DNA from: Alphaproteobacteria bacterium
Lineage (GTDB): Bacteria; Pseudomonadota; Alphaproteobacteria; UBA9219
Direction of reading: 5' to 3'
NCBI GenBank assembly: GCA_034002905.1
Contig: JAVEZQ010000008.1
Span: 10,206-74,205, forward strand
DNA: 64,000 nt
Of this stretch, positions 19,336-28,245 are shown piece after piece (positions within the stretch are counted from its first letter, which is position 1; every line of letters begins with the position of its first letter). Both the position numbers and the translations under genes were made by a program. Below the pieces are notes generated by a model, which did not search any database, was not told where the DNA came from, and was given only the letters and a program-made list of their open reading frames with translations.

Positions 19336-19414
19336 TAGCCTTTTCTCCTGATTTGCTTTAAGCTTGTGGGGCGTGGTAAGCTGAGTGCCCCTGAAACAAA
19401 GGACGGTAGGATCA

Positions 19415-20362
19415 ATGCAGGTATTGAGTTTTGAGAAACCAGTTACGGATTTGGAAGCCAAGATTGAAGAGCTTCGCCATCTTTCCAGTGACGGGGACGT
19501 GAATATCGCGGATGAAGTCGCGCGCCTTCAGGCGAAGGTCGAGCAGCAACTGCGTACGATTTATGGCAAGCTGACTCCAGAGGAAAAAGTTCAAGTTGCG
19601 CGTCATCCCGACCGTCCACAGTTCTTGGATTATGTTGAGGCGTTGATTACTGAGTTTACGCCGCTTGCTGGCGACCGCGCCTTTGCGGATGATCGCGCTG
19701 TCATTGGAGGGCTGGGCCGTTTTAACGGACAGGCTTGTATGATCATCGGTCAACAACGCGGCCATGATACCGAAAGCCGTGTGAAGCATAATTTTGGCAT
19801 GGCAAATCCCGAAGGCTACCGCAAAGCGCAGCGATTGATGCATATGGCGGATCACTTTGGTTTGCCGATCTTGACCTTTGTGGATACGGCGGGCGCTTTC
19901 CCCGGCGATGAGGCCGAAGCGCGTGGGCAGGCCGAGGCCATTGCCCGCTCGATAGAAGTCTGCGTTTCGGTCAAAGTGCCATTGATTTCTGTTGTGATCG
20001 GTGAAGGCGGTTCGGGTGGTGCGATTGCTATTGCTGCTGCGGATCGCATTTTGATGCTGGAGCATGCCATTTATTCCGTGATTTCGCCCGAAGGATGCGC
20101 CTCAATCTTGTGGCGCGGCCGCGAGTTTGCGGGAGAGGCGGCAAAAGCGTTAAGGCTTACGGCGCAAGATCTTCTTCAATTCGGCGTCATTGATGCCGTC
20201 ATTCCCGAACCACTCGGTGGGGCGCACCGGTTGTATGACGAGGTTTTTGCCTCTGTCCGCCGCGAGCTTGCCAAACATCTGGGCGAGTTGATGGGAACCG
20301 ATGGGCAAAAACTTGCCGAATCCCGCCAGGCCAAGTTCTTGCAAATGGGCAAGAGGCTTTAG
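19415..20362 (+). CDS. accA: Acetyl-CoA carboxylase carboxyltransferase subunit alpha
   Basis: MQVLSFEKPVTDLEAKIEELR and the carboxyltransferase fold match. The start is an internal Met of the listed ORF. Confidence 0.95.
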   Translation: MQVLSFEKPVTDLEAKIEELRHLSSDGDVNIADEVARLQAKVEQQLRTIYGKLTPEEKVQVARHPDRPQFLDYVEALITEFTPLAGDRAFADDRAVIGGLGRFNGQACMIIGQQRGHDTESRVKHNFGMANPEGYRKAQRLMHMADHFGLPILTFVDTAGAFPGDEAEARGQAEAIARSIEVCVSVKVPLISVVIGEGGSGGAIAIAAADRILMLEHAIYSVISPEGCASILWRGREFAGEAAKALRLTAQDLLQFGVIDAVIPEPLGGAHRLYDEVFASVRRELAKHLGELMGTDGQKLAESRQAKFLQMGKRL

Positions 20363-20378
20363 ATCGAAAAGCTGTAAA

Positions 20379-21047
20379 TTAACGAGGTAAGGCAGCGATG
20401 GCATTCACCGCCGTTCTGGATTGAACTTGTGCGCCATTTCGCAAAACGATCGCACCGGGCAAATATCCCCGGGATTGTCGTATCGTCTTGACCTTATCTC
20501 CGATTAGAGACTGAATTTGGCCCAGTGCAACATTTTTTAGCATATTATCCGTACGCCCCTTCGTTTGCATGGACTGGACTTCAGTGAAGAGGTACAGGGC
20601 TGAATCTTCGTTGGATAATTTGTGCCCGATCCATTCGGGTTTTTTATATCGATTATCGAGAATGCCTTTCGCAAGGACCATCGTAGCGGCGACGTGCCCC
20701 ATTTGATAGGACTTGTGTAGGTATTTCTCTTCCTCAGTCTCGGTTGATTGATTACGGCTGCGCAAGATCAAAGCATGTGTATAAGCCGCCTCGGTATCCT
20801 TTTCTGCCGCCCACTGAATAAGTTGGTGGCCGGGGCTGTCCTCTTTTTTGCAATCTCCTTCTTGTAGAAGGATCATGCCCATATAAAAGTACCCTATGGC
20901 AAAATTGTCCATGTAAGATTCTTGAACCATTTTGCGTGCAGCTTGTGCGGTATTCTTATCTTTGGCCGTAATATATTGTTGATAGCCCAGTTCGGTGCGT
21001 TCGGCCGGGGTTAGGAGTTCAGCGTTACAGGAAATGGGAAGGGGCAT
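20379..21047 (-). CDS. Hypothetical protein (possible Sel1/TPR-like helical repeats)
   Basis: It is a 222-aa ORF with no diagnostic catalytic motif. Confidence 0.35.
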   Translation of the reverse strand: MPLPISCNAELLTPAERTELGYQQYITAKDKNTAQAARKMVQESYMDNFAIGYFYMGMILLQEGDCKKEDSPGHQLIQWAAEKDTEAAYTHALILRSRNQSTETEEEKYLHKSYQMGHVAATMVLAKGILDNRYKKPEWIGHKLSNEDSALYLFTEVQSMQTKGRTDNMLKNVALGQIQSLIGDKVKTIRQSRGYLPGAIVLRNGAQVQSRTAVNAIAALPR

Positions 21048-21144
21048 ATTGGATCACTCAACCTAGATGCACATTGTTAGCGAGCTTGTAAGCCATGTAT
21101 AAAAAAGGCTCAAGATAAATTGATGGTTAAGACTTTTGATGTCT

Positions 21145-21774
21145 TTAAATTAATGCACCGCTTGTCTCGCTGACCAGCCAACGGCTGCGCAAGTCCGTAT
21201 GGCGCAGGGCGAACCATTGCATCGCGATGATCGTCGCCGCATCACGATATTTGCCGGTGTACAGGCGATTGATGGCTTGCATCGCATCAAGCACCACGAC
21301 TTTGATGTTTTCGCCCTCGTGTTCAAGTCCGTGGATTGAGCCATCTTCTGGAGCTTGGGTTCGCCCAATGAAAAGGGTGACCTGCTCGGCAAGAAAACCC
21401 GGACTTGGATAATAAGCAAAAATTTTCTGAAGCTCCGCAACGTTGCATCCGGCTTCTTCCAAAGCCTCGCGACGGGCGGCTTGTTCTGCCGTTTCGCCAC
21501 CGTTAATCATGCCCGCGACGCATTCCAGAAGGAAGGGATCCTCGTCATGGATCATCGGGGCACTTCGGAATTCTTCGATCAGGATGACTTTGTCCTGATG
21601 AGGATCAAAGAGAAGCACAACGGCGGCTTGTTCTGCGCCAGAGAAAACTTCGCGTGAAAAGACATCACTCCATCCACCTTGATACAGTTCTTGGCGAATG
21701 TGGTAACGGTCAACACGGCAAAAACCCTGAAAAAGGGCCTCACGGTGGATGATTTTATAGTTCTTTTTCGACAT
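21145..21774 (-). CDS. NUDIX hydrolase (ADP-ribose pyrophosphatase-like)
   Basis: It carries the Nudix box GMINGGETAEQAARREALEEAGC. The start is an internal Met (MSKKNYKI). Confidence 0.85.
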   Translation of the reverse strand: MSKKNYKIIHREALFQGFCRVDRYHIRQELYQGGWSDVFSREVFSGAEQAAVVLLFDPHQDKVILIEEFRSAPMIHDEDPFLLECVAGMINGGETAEQAARREALEEAGCNVAELQKIFAYYPSPGFLAEQVTLFIGRTQAPEDGSIHGLEHEGENIKVVVLDAMQAINRLYTGKYRDAATIIAMQWFALRHTDLRSRWLVSETSGALI

Positions 21775-21871
21775 GTGGCGCAGTCTATGCGAAGAGGGGG
21801 CATAGGTCACCCCCTTTTTAACTGCTTGAAAAACAAGAAGGCTAAATAAAAGTCATCCTTATTGACTAAGC

Positions 21872-21889
21872 GGTGGAAGGGGTAGGATT
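21872..21889. repeat. 18-bp direct repeat identical to the 3' end of tRNA-Tyr (GGTGGAAGGGGTAGGATT)
   Basis: The same 18 nt occur at 22066-22083 inside the tRNA. Such a repeat is typical of an att site or scar from an integrative element targeting a tRNA 3' end. Confidence 0.5.
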
Positions 21890-22035
21890 GATGTCACCGC
21901 TTTCGGGGCTCCATCGTGCCTTCGGCATAACCTTTTCATTTTGTGCGGCGGCATACACGTGCGCCGCCGCCTTATGGAATGTCTTGTCGTCGAATCTACT
22001 TTCCGGTTTGAACCCTGCCTCTGCCGATGAAAACA

Positions 22036-22062
22036 AAAAAGCCCCCATTTGGGGGCTTTTTT
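22036..22062. terminator. Bidirectional rho-independent terminator downstream of tRNA-Tyr
   Basis: AAAAAAGCCCCCATTTGGGGGCTTTTTT. Confidence 0.7.
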
Positions 22063-22064
22063 AA

Positions 22065-22150
22065 TGGTGGAAGGGGTAGGATTCGAACCTACGTACTCGT
22101 AAGAGGGCAGATTTACAGTCTGCTGCCATTAACCACTCGGCCACCCTTCC
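22065..22150 (-). tRNA. tRNA-Tyr (anticodon GUA), long variable arm
   Basis: The reverse complement reads GGAAGGGTGGCCGAGTGGTTAATGGCAGCAGACTGTAAATCTGCCCTCTTACGAGTACGTAGGTTCGAATCCTACCCCTTCCACCA. The anticodon loop is CTGTAAA and the CCA is encoded. It is 86 nt. Confidence 0.9.
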
Positions 22151-22303
22151 ACGTTATGGTGTCGTGCCGATGCGCCTATTGCTAAGCGAGAAATGGCAAT
22201 TAGCGGATTTTCCTTGCGCTTGTCAATGGTAGAGGCTTGATTAGGGTTGGTTTTTGTCAAAAAAGGCCGAGGAAGGCCAAAAAATATCAAGGAACGTAAA
22301 AAA

Positions 22304-23368
22304 ATGAAAGAAAAGCAACGCACAAGATCTCTTAGCGCTAAGAGAGGGCCATCTTCTTCCAAAAGCGCCGTTCGCGGCGGAAGAGGGGCGTCGACGGCCA
22401 AAGGCGGAAAAGGACGTGGACAGGGGCGGCCACAAGGGGGCGAGAAGGATCGCCCAGACAGTGTAAGGAGAAGCGCTTCTGCGAAAAAAAAGCCGGACAC
22501 ACGGCCTGCGCGTTCTTCTCAAGGGAAAGCCCCTCAAAAGGCAAAGCCTTCTCATGGAAAGTCTGCGGGAGCTATCCCTGCTCAGGGAAGGCCTATGCGG
22601 GAGAAGGGGGCGGCATCGTCTGCCTCGTCCAAGGGTGTTTTAATCTGGGGAATTCATGCGGTGCGTGAGGCCTGGCTCAATCCCTATCGTGAAGTCTATC
22701 AATGTTGGGCAACGCAGGCGGGTCTTGCGGCGCTCAGCGATATTGAAAAGCTATCTGCCAAGGAAAAGCTAGAGCGCCCCTCAATCAAGCGTATCGAGAA
22801 GGAAGAGCTTGAGGCTATCACGCCGCGTGGCAGTGTGCATCAAGGAATCGTGATGGACGTTGCCCCGCTGCCTGATGTAACGCTCGATGATATGTTGGGC
22901 AGTGAGGCTTGCCCCGATGTGATCCTTATTCTCGATCAGGTTACAGACCCCCACAATGTTGGGGCGATCATGCGATCGGCGGCGGCTTTTGGTGCCGGTG
23001 CGATTATTGTAACAGAGCGATCGGCGCCCTCTATGACGGGCACCATTACAAAGACGGCCTGTGGCGCGGCGGAGCATGTGCCTTTGATCCCCGTGGTCAA
23101 TATGGCGCGTGCGATGGATACGCTCAGGGAAGAGAGCTATTGGTGCATTGGCCTTGCTGAAGAGGGGGATCGTGATCTTTCGGCCTGTGCAGTGTCGTCG
23201 GGTCGAATAGCCCTTGTGTTGGGGGCAGAAGGGGACGGGCTGCGCCGCCTGACGCGTCAGCATTGCGATGAGCTGGCACGCTTGCCGACTCAGCCACCTA
23301 TCGGGAGCCTCAACGTCTCGAATGCGGCGGCCGTGTCCCTGTATGAAGTGCGGCGGCAAAGGGGGTAG
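22304..23368 (+). CDS. rlmB: 23S rRNA (guanosine-2'-O)-methyltransferase RlmB (SpoU/TrmH family) with a long basic N-terminal extension
   Basis: The C-terminal 250 aa form a SpoU methylase (DPHNVGAIMRSAAAFG, LVLGAEGDGL, SLNVSNAAAVSLYE). The N-terminal roughly 110 aa are K/R/G/S-rich. A first ATG at 22304 has an AAGGA Shine-Dalgarno; the ORF track gives a TTG at 22247. Confidence 0.85.
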   Translation: MKEKQRTRSLSAKRGPSSSKSAVRGGRGASTAKGGKGRGQGRPQGGEKDRPDSVRRSASAKKKPDTRPARSSQGKAPQKAKPSHGKSAGAIPAQGRPMREKGAASSASSKGVLIWGIHAVREAWLNPYREVYQCWATQAGLAALSDIEKLSAKEKLERPSIKRIEKEELEAITPRGSVHQGIVMDVAPLPDVTLDDMLGSEACPDVILILDQVTDPHNVGAIMRSAAAFGAGAIIVTERSAPSMTGTITKTACGAAEHVPLIPVVNMARAMDTLREESYWCIGLAEEGDRDLSACAVSSGRIALVLGAEGDGLRRLTRQHCDELARLPTQPPIGSLNVSNAAAVSLYEVRRQRG

Positions 23369-23417
23369 AGCTTGAAATGCTTGGTCATTTGAGAAAAAGG
23401 GGCCTATAATCCAGCCC

Positions 23418-24626
23418 ATGATTGATCAACAGTTTATAATCCTTCTTGTCGTTTTCGTTGGTGGTACCCTTCTAGGTGGACTGCTTGTCTATGCCCTGCT
23501 GCGCGCGCGAATAGCAGGCCAGAGCCAGATGCTCGATGCGTTTAAGGCCTTGGCGGCTGATACTTTGCATCAGAATAGCGAGACCTTCTTGCAGATGGCC
23601 GAGGGTAAGCTGCAGCAGCAGCAGCAAAGCGCGACGGCCAATCTAGACAAGAAGACGGTCGCTATTGATGCGATGATCAAGCCCGTGCAAGACTCGTTGC
23701 AGCGCATGGACGAACAGCTTAAGGCGCTGGAAGTCAAGCGCGAGGGCGCCTATCGTGAACTGGCCCAGATGGTGACGACATCGCGTCAGACGCAGGACCA
23801 ACTGCGGCAGGAAACAAGCAAGCTGCTACAGGCCTTGCGCGCGCCGAGTGGGCGAGGGCGATGGGGCGAGCTTCAGCTTCAACGTATTCTTGAAATGACG
23901 GGTATGTCGGCCCACGCCAAGGATTTCTCGACACAGTTTGTCGTATCCGACAAAGACGGCACCATCCGTCCCGATGTGATCGTGGCGCTGCCCAGCGGTC
24001 ACTGTGTAATTATTGACAGCAAGGTGCCTTTGTCAGCCTATCTGGATTCGGTGCAGACCGATGACGAGAACAAGCGTGCCAATGCCCTGCGTCAGCACGC
24101 TAGGCAGCTTAAAGATCATATCAAGACTCTCGGCAATAAAGCTTACTGGGACAAGATTGAAGGCACGCCCGAGTTTGTCGTTTTGTTCTTGCCGGGCGAG
24201 CATTTCCTATCGGCGGCGCTGGATGGTGATGACGAGTTGATGGAATACAGCGCGAGCCACAAGGTGGTTTTGGCAACGCCGATGACATTGATTGCCCTTT
24301 TGCGCACGGTGGCCTATGGCTGGCGACAGGAAGCGATGCGCGAGAATATCCTTGAGATGGTGGATATCGGGCGTAAGCTGCATGATGCTTTGAATGTGTT
24401 TTCTGGCCATATGGAAAATTTGGGGAGCCGCTTGGGCGGTGCGGTTGATTTTTACAACAAGATGGTGCGGTCTTATGACCGGAATGTTTTGAGTAAGGCG
24501 CGCAAGTTTACGGAAACCGGCATGATTTCCGGTGAAGAAGAACTGGTCACGCCGAATGAAATCGAGCGCGATCTGCGCTTTTCTGTGATTGAGAACAAGG
24601 AACTGTTAAAAAGTCAGGAAGGATAG
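23418..24626 (+). CDS. rmuC: DNA recombination protein RmuC
   Basis: It has an N-terminal TM, a long coiled coil and the C-terminal RmuC nuclease-like domain. It is 402 aa. Confidence 0.85.
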   Translation: MIDQQFIILLVVFVGGTLLGGLLVYALLRARIAGQSQMLDAFKALAADTLHQNSETFLQMAEGKLQQQQQSATANLDKKTVAIDAMIKPVQDSLQRMDEQLKALEVKREGAYRELAQMVTTSRQTQDQLRQETSKLLQALRAPSGRGRWGELQLQRILEMTGMSAHAKDFSTQFVVSDKDGTIRPDVIVALPSGHCVIIDSKVPLSAYLDSVQTDDENKRANALRQHARQLKDHIKTLGNKAYWDKIEGTPEFVVLFLPGEHFLSAALDGDDELMEYSASHKVVLATPMTLIALLRTVAYGWRQEAMRENILEMVDIGRKLHDALNVFSGHMENLGSRLGGAVDFYNKMVRSYDRNVLSKARKFTETGMISGEEELVTPNEIERDLRFSVIENKELLKSQEG

Positions 24627-24635
24627 TCGAAGAGG

Positions 24636-25172
24636 ATGGCGATACTTGAAGTGCTGACCGTGCCGAACCCGATCTTGCGGGAAGTGGCCAAGCCCGTTGA
24701 GAAAGTCGATGCGCAGATTGCGCAGCTGATGCGAGATATGGTCGAGACGATGTATGCTGACGATGGGATTGGCCTTGCTGCCAACCAGATTGGCGTTCTT
24801 GAGCGTGTGATCGTTGTCGATCTGTCCAAGAGTCGCGACGGCAGCGAGGCGCTGATGATGGCGAACCCCGAGATCATTGAGGAAGGTGAAGGCACTTTTA
24901 CTTATAGCGAAGGGTGTCTGTCTGTAAGACCCTGCGCTACGGAGTCAACGGCTGATCTTTATGCCAATGTCACACGCCCCAAGAGGGTGAAGGTCAAATA
25001 TCTCGACATTGATGGCAAGGAACAGATTGTCGAAGCCGAAGATCTATTTAGTTCGTGCCTTCAACATGAAATTGACCATTTGGACGGCGTTTTGTTTGTT
25101 GACCATCTTTCATCGCTCAAGCGCGGCATGATCATGCGCAAGATTGAAAAGCTCCGGCGTCAGGCGGAGTAG
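24636..25172 (+). CDS. def: Peptide deformylase
   Basis: It has the GIGLAANQIG, EGCLSV and HEIDHLDG motifs. Confidence 0.95.
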   Translation: MAILEVLTVPNPILREVAKPVEKVDAQIAQLMRDMVETMYADDGIGLAANQIGVLERVIVVDLSKSRDGSEALMMANPEIIEEGEGTFTYSEGCLSVRPCATESTADLYANVTRPKRVKVKYLDIDGKEQIVEAEDLFSSCLQHEIDHLDGVLFVDHLSSLKRGMIMRKIEKLRRQAE

Positions 25173-25198
25173 TCAGAGATCATCTGTATAGGAAGCTA

Positions 25199-26467
25199 TT
25201 ATCCTTCATGCGCCCAGCGCATCACAACTTGGGCCGCTTTGACGCCTGAGCGCAAGGCGCCCTCGATGGTCGAAGGCAGGGATGTCGCTGTCCAATCGCC
25301 CGCAAGCGCAAGATTCTTCCAACCGATATAGGCCGTTGGCCGCATCTTATCCTGTTCGGGAGTGGCAGCAAAAGTTGCACGCTTTTCTCGAATAATGCGA
25401 CAGGGTGGGATTTTCCCAGGGTCAAGATCAAACAGGCGGGCGAGATCGTCCCAGATGGCAATGGCCCATTTTTCTTGATCCTGCTCTTCATAACGGTCAG
25501 CCGCGCTGACGGTAACGGAAACAACACCGGGTTTGACAAACACCCACTCGGCGAGCCCCCCGATCAAGCCAGTAAATCCAGCCAAGTTCTGGGGCGCCTC
25601 CACACGGAAATGCGCATTGGCGATGGCGCGGAAGGATGTGGGGGTCAGCAGGTTAGGAATAATCTCTTGGGCGACCCAAGCGGGGACGGCCAGAATGACC
25701 CAGTCCTTTGGACCGATGGTGATGATGTTTTGATGAAACCGCAGGGCCATAACTTGGCCTTCGCTGGTAACATCGATGCCCTGAAGCCTTTGGCTAAACT
25801 TGATCTCGGTACCATGCTCGCGCAAGGTGCCGATGCAAGGGGTGACAAAGGTTTCCGACAAACCGACCTTGGGAATAATGGGTTGGCAAGCTTTCCCCCC
25901 CGCAGCAAAACTTTGGGCGAGCAGATTGGCGAGAAGCCTGGCCGAGGCGTTCTCGACCTCGGTGTTTAAAGAGGCGATGGCCATCGGCTCCCATAGCCTT
26001 TTATAGATCACCGAACGTGTATCAAGACAGTTAGCGACCGTATCTTTCTCATCGGCGAAAAAGAGGCGTGAGGCCGAAAGATAATCTTTGGCTGTCGTGC
26101 CTGGTACGCGCCGTTTGGGGTCAAAGATCCAGCGCGGGAAGAGGCCGTTGTTCATCCGGAGAATCCAGCGCTCGCCAGTCTGCAGATCCATAAAAGGGAA
26201 GATAGGCTCTTTATGACGGATAACTGTGTCTTGCGCCCCCGATAGCTCCAGATAATCATGGACGGCGACATTGCCTGACAGCACGATGTGGTTGCCATTG
26301 TCGATGCGGCAGTCGAGGCCTTTGTCGAAATAGGAACGACAGCGTCCGCCCGCATAAGGCGCCGCTTCATAGACGGTGACTTTCTCTCCCATAAGGGTGA
26401 GCTGAAGCGCGGCAGAAAGTCCCGCCAAACCTGCGCCAATAATGTGGATTTGTCGTGATTCGATCAT
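25199..26467 (-). CDS. hpnE: Hydroxysqualene dehydroxylase HpnE (FAD-dependent amine-oxidase fold)
   Basis: It has the FAD-binding IHIIGAGLAGLSAA and sits downstream of hpnC/hpnD. The ATG overlaps the hpnD stop as ATGA. Confidence 0.8.
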   Translation of the reverse strand: MIESRQIHIIGAGLAGLSAALQLTLMGEKVTVYEAAPYAGGRCRSYFDKGLDCRIDNGNHIVLSGNVAVHDYLELSGAQDTVIRHKEPIFPFMDLQTGERWILRMNNGLFPRWIFDPKRRVPGTTAKDYLSASRLFFADEKDTVANCLDTRSVIYKRLWEPMAIASLNTEVENASARLLANLLAQSFAAGGKACQPIIPKVGLSETFVTPCIGTLREHGTEIKFSQRLQGIDVTSEGQVMALRFHQNIITIGPKDWVILAVPAWVAQEIIPNLLTPTSFRAIANAHFRVEAPQNLAGFTGLIGGLAEWVFVKPGVVSVTVSAADRYEEQDQEKWAIAIWDDLARLFDLDPGKIPPCRIIREKRATFAATPEQDKMRPTAYIGWKNLALAGDWTATSLPSTIEGALRSGVKAAQVVMRWAHEG

Positions 26468-27327
26468 AGGCGGAAGCTTAGCAAACCCCGAGCCATTAAC
26501 CAAAGCTTTTGCCACAGGGGCAAGGAAACGCGGTAGGAAAGGTCCTTCCAGTTTCGTTTCATAAGCTTTTGCCAGATGGCATAATAATAATTGCGCATAA
26601 TACGTGCTGGTCTCATGGCCCTTTTATTGCAGGACAAAATATACCGATCTGTTTCAATAAAATGATTTCGTGCCGTTTGAGCCAGATCACGACAAACAGC
26701 CGGAAGATTGGGGTGTTTCAAAACATCCTCAATCGACTGTTTTTTGATCCCGTGTTTGTTGAGCAATTCAAGAGGTAGATAGAGGCGACCGCGAGCTGAA
26801 TCCTCGCCAAGGTCCCTTAATATATTGGTAAGCTGTAACGCACGTCCCAAATGATAGGCAACTTGCATCGCTGCGGGCGAGTCATCGCCAAATATTCTTA
26901 CCGAAACGCGGCCAACGGCGCTGGCGACATGATCGCAATAGGTGTCGAGCACGTCCATATTAGGAGCTACAATGGGATTGTGTGCATCCATTTCCATCCC
27001 GGCAATAATCGCTTGAAAATCCGCTTCAACAAGCTTGTAATCTTTGATCGGGGGCAGCAGGGCGGCGCAAATACTGTCTTCTGCCTCGCATCTTTGAAAA
27101 AGGCCTTCAATCTTCCGGTGCCAAAGAGCCAAGCCTTCGTCGCGCATCTGCGCGTTTGGCGAGTCATCAGCGATATCATCCACCTCTCGACAAAAGGCAT
27201 AAAAGGCATACATGGCATTCCGGCGCGCTTTGGGAAGAACCTGCATCCCGGCTGCAAACGAGCTGCGAGAGGACCTGACACGAAAAAGGACATCTCGCAT
27301 TGCTTGTTCATAGGAAAGTTGAGCCAT
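26464..27327 (-). CDS. hpnD: Presqualene diphosphate synthase HpnD (squalene/phytoene synthase family)
   Basis: It has an Asp-rich motif YAFCREVDDIADD and a second DxxxD region. Confidence 0.85.
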   Translation of the reverse strand: MAQLSYEQAMRDVLFRVRSSRSSFAAGMQVLPKARRNAMYAFYAFCREVDDIADDSPNAQMRDEGLALWHRKIEGLFQRCEAEDSICAALLPPIKDYKLVEADFQAIIAGMEMDAHNPIVAPNMDVLDTYCDHVASAVGRVSVRIFGDDSPAAMQVAYHLGRALQLTNILRDLGEDSARGRLYLPLELLNKHGIKKQSIEDVLKHPNLPAVCRDLAQTARNHFIETDRYILSCNKRAMRPARIMRNYYYAIWQKLMKRNWKDLSYRVSLPLWQKLWLMARGLLSFRL

Positions 27328-27407
27328 CTAATTCATTTCTGTAAGGAGTCGAGGCTCTGTCTATACTCTTTTTATGAGGGTCTGTCGAGGTAGCCTTCTT
27401 TGCTTTC

Positions 27408-28235
27408 TCAAAAGAACCCGCGTAAAACCCCGTCTATAAGTGCCATAAGCTTCTGTCCCTTAGAGAGTTTAACCGGTTCGGCTAGCGGATCACGCTTCGT
27501 CAGTTCGCGCAGGAGTTCGTCAGCCACATTGTTAATCACAGCCGTATCGATACGCAGCATGCGGTTCTTGACTTGGGGCGGGAAGGTGTGCGCGAGGTCC
27601 ATCATAGGGCCCATCTTGTCGATCATATCGTTGAAAACAGAACGCAGGGAGGGACTAGAGGTTTTTGCCTTGACATCGTCAATGGTCGCACCGCGTGCCG
27701 CTAGCATATCTAGCGGGATATAAAGGCGGTTGAGTTCGCACAAATCTGTAGCGCAGTCTTGTATGTGGTTGGTGATTTGAAGGACACTGCATAGCGCATC
27801 ATTCGCGGGCCAAGACGCATGATCCTCCCCGTGGAGATCAAGCAAGTAACGCCCTACAGGTGCAGCGGAATAGCGGCAATAATCTAAAAGCTCTTCCCAG
27901 TTTTTATAACGTAGTTTGGTTACGTCGCGCTTGAAGGCAACGAGGAGCTCCCGCGCATGATCGGAGCTGACGCCTGTTTCTTTGAGGCTATTGCGTAGCG
28001 GGATCACGCTCTCGATGCTGTTGTCCGACTCATTCATCAGGGCTGCATCAAATTGGTCGAGACGCAGGATCTTTTCTTCAGGCGACAAAGTTTCGCTGTC
28101 GCTGATATCGTCGGCAGCGCGGGCAAAGCTGTAATAAGCCGCGACGTGCGGCCTGTGCGTTTTATCAATGAGTTTGGTGACAGGAAAGTTCTCTGTCGTT
28201 TCATTCTTGCCGCTTGGCATTTCAATGGGGGGCAT
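27408..28235 (-). CDS. hpnC: Hydroxysqualene synthase HpnC (squalene/phytoene synthase family)
   Basis: It has YSFARAADDISD and is a paralogue of the adjacent hpnD. I prefer the ATG at 28235; the ORF-track GTG at 28295 would overlap hpnB by 50 nt. Confidence 0.8.
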   Translation of the reverse strand: MPPIEMPSGKNETTENFPVTKLIDKTHRPHVAAYYSFARAADDISDSETLSPEEKILRLDQFDAALMNESDNSIESVIPLRNSLKETGVSSDHARELLVAFKRDVTKLRYKNWEELLDYCRYSAAPVGRYLLDLHGEDHASWPANDALCSVLQITNHIQDCATDLCELNRLYIPLDMLAARGATIDDVKAKTSSPSLRSVFNDMIDKMGPMMDLAHTFPPQVKNRMLRIDTAVINNVADELLRELTKRDPLAEPVKLSKGQKLMALIDGVLRGFF

Positions 28236-28245
28236 GTCTTGTCTT

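Noticed and set aside
19412-20065. 217-aa minus-strand ORF inside accA
   Set aside because: It is antisense to a conserved carboxyltransferase gene and has no motifs.
21866-22064. Two 60-63-aa ORFs on either strand between the tRNA-Tyr 3'-end repeat and the terminator
   Set aside because: They mutually overlap and are spanned by a GC-rich hairpin and a terminator. They are more likely non-coding att-scar sequence than genes.
22781-23419. 212-aa minus-strand ORF inside rlmB
   Set aside because: It is antisense to the SpoU methylase and has His/Arg-rich low-complexity composition.
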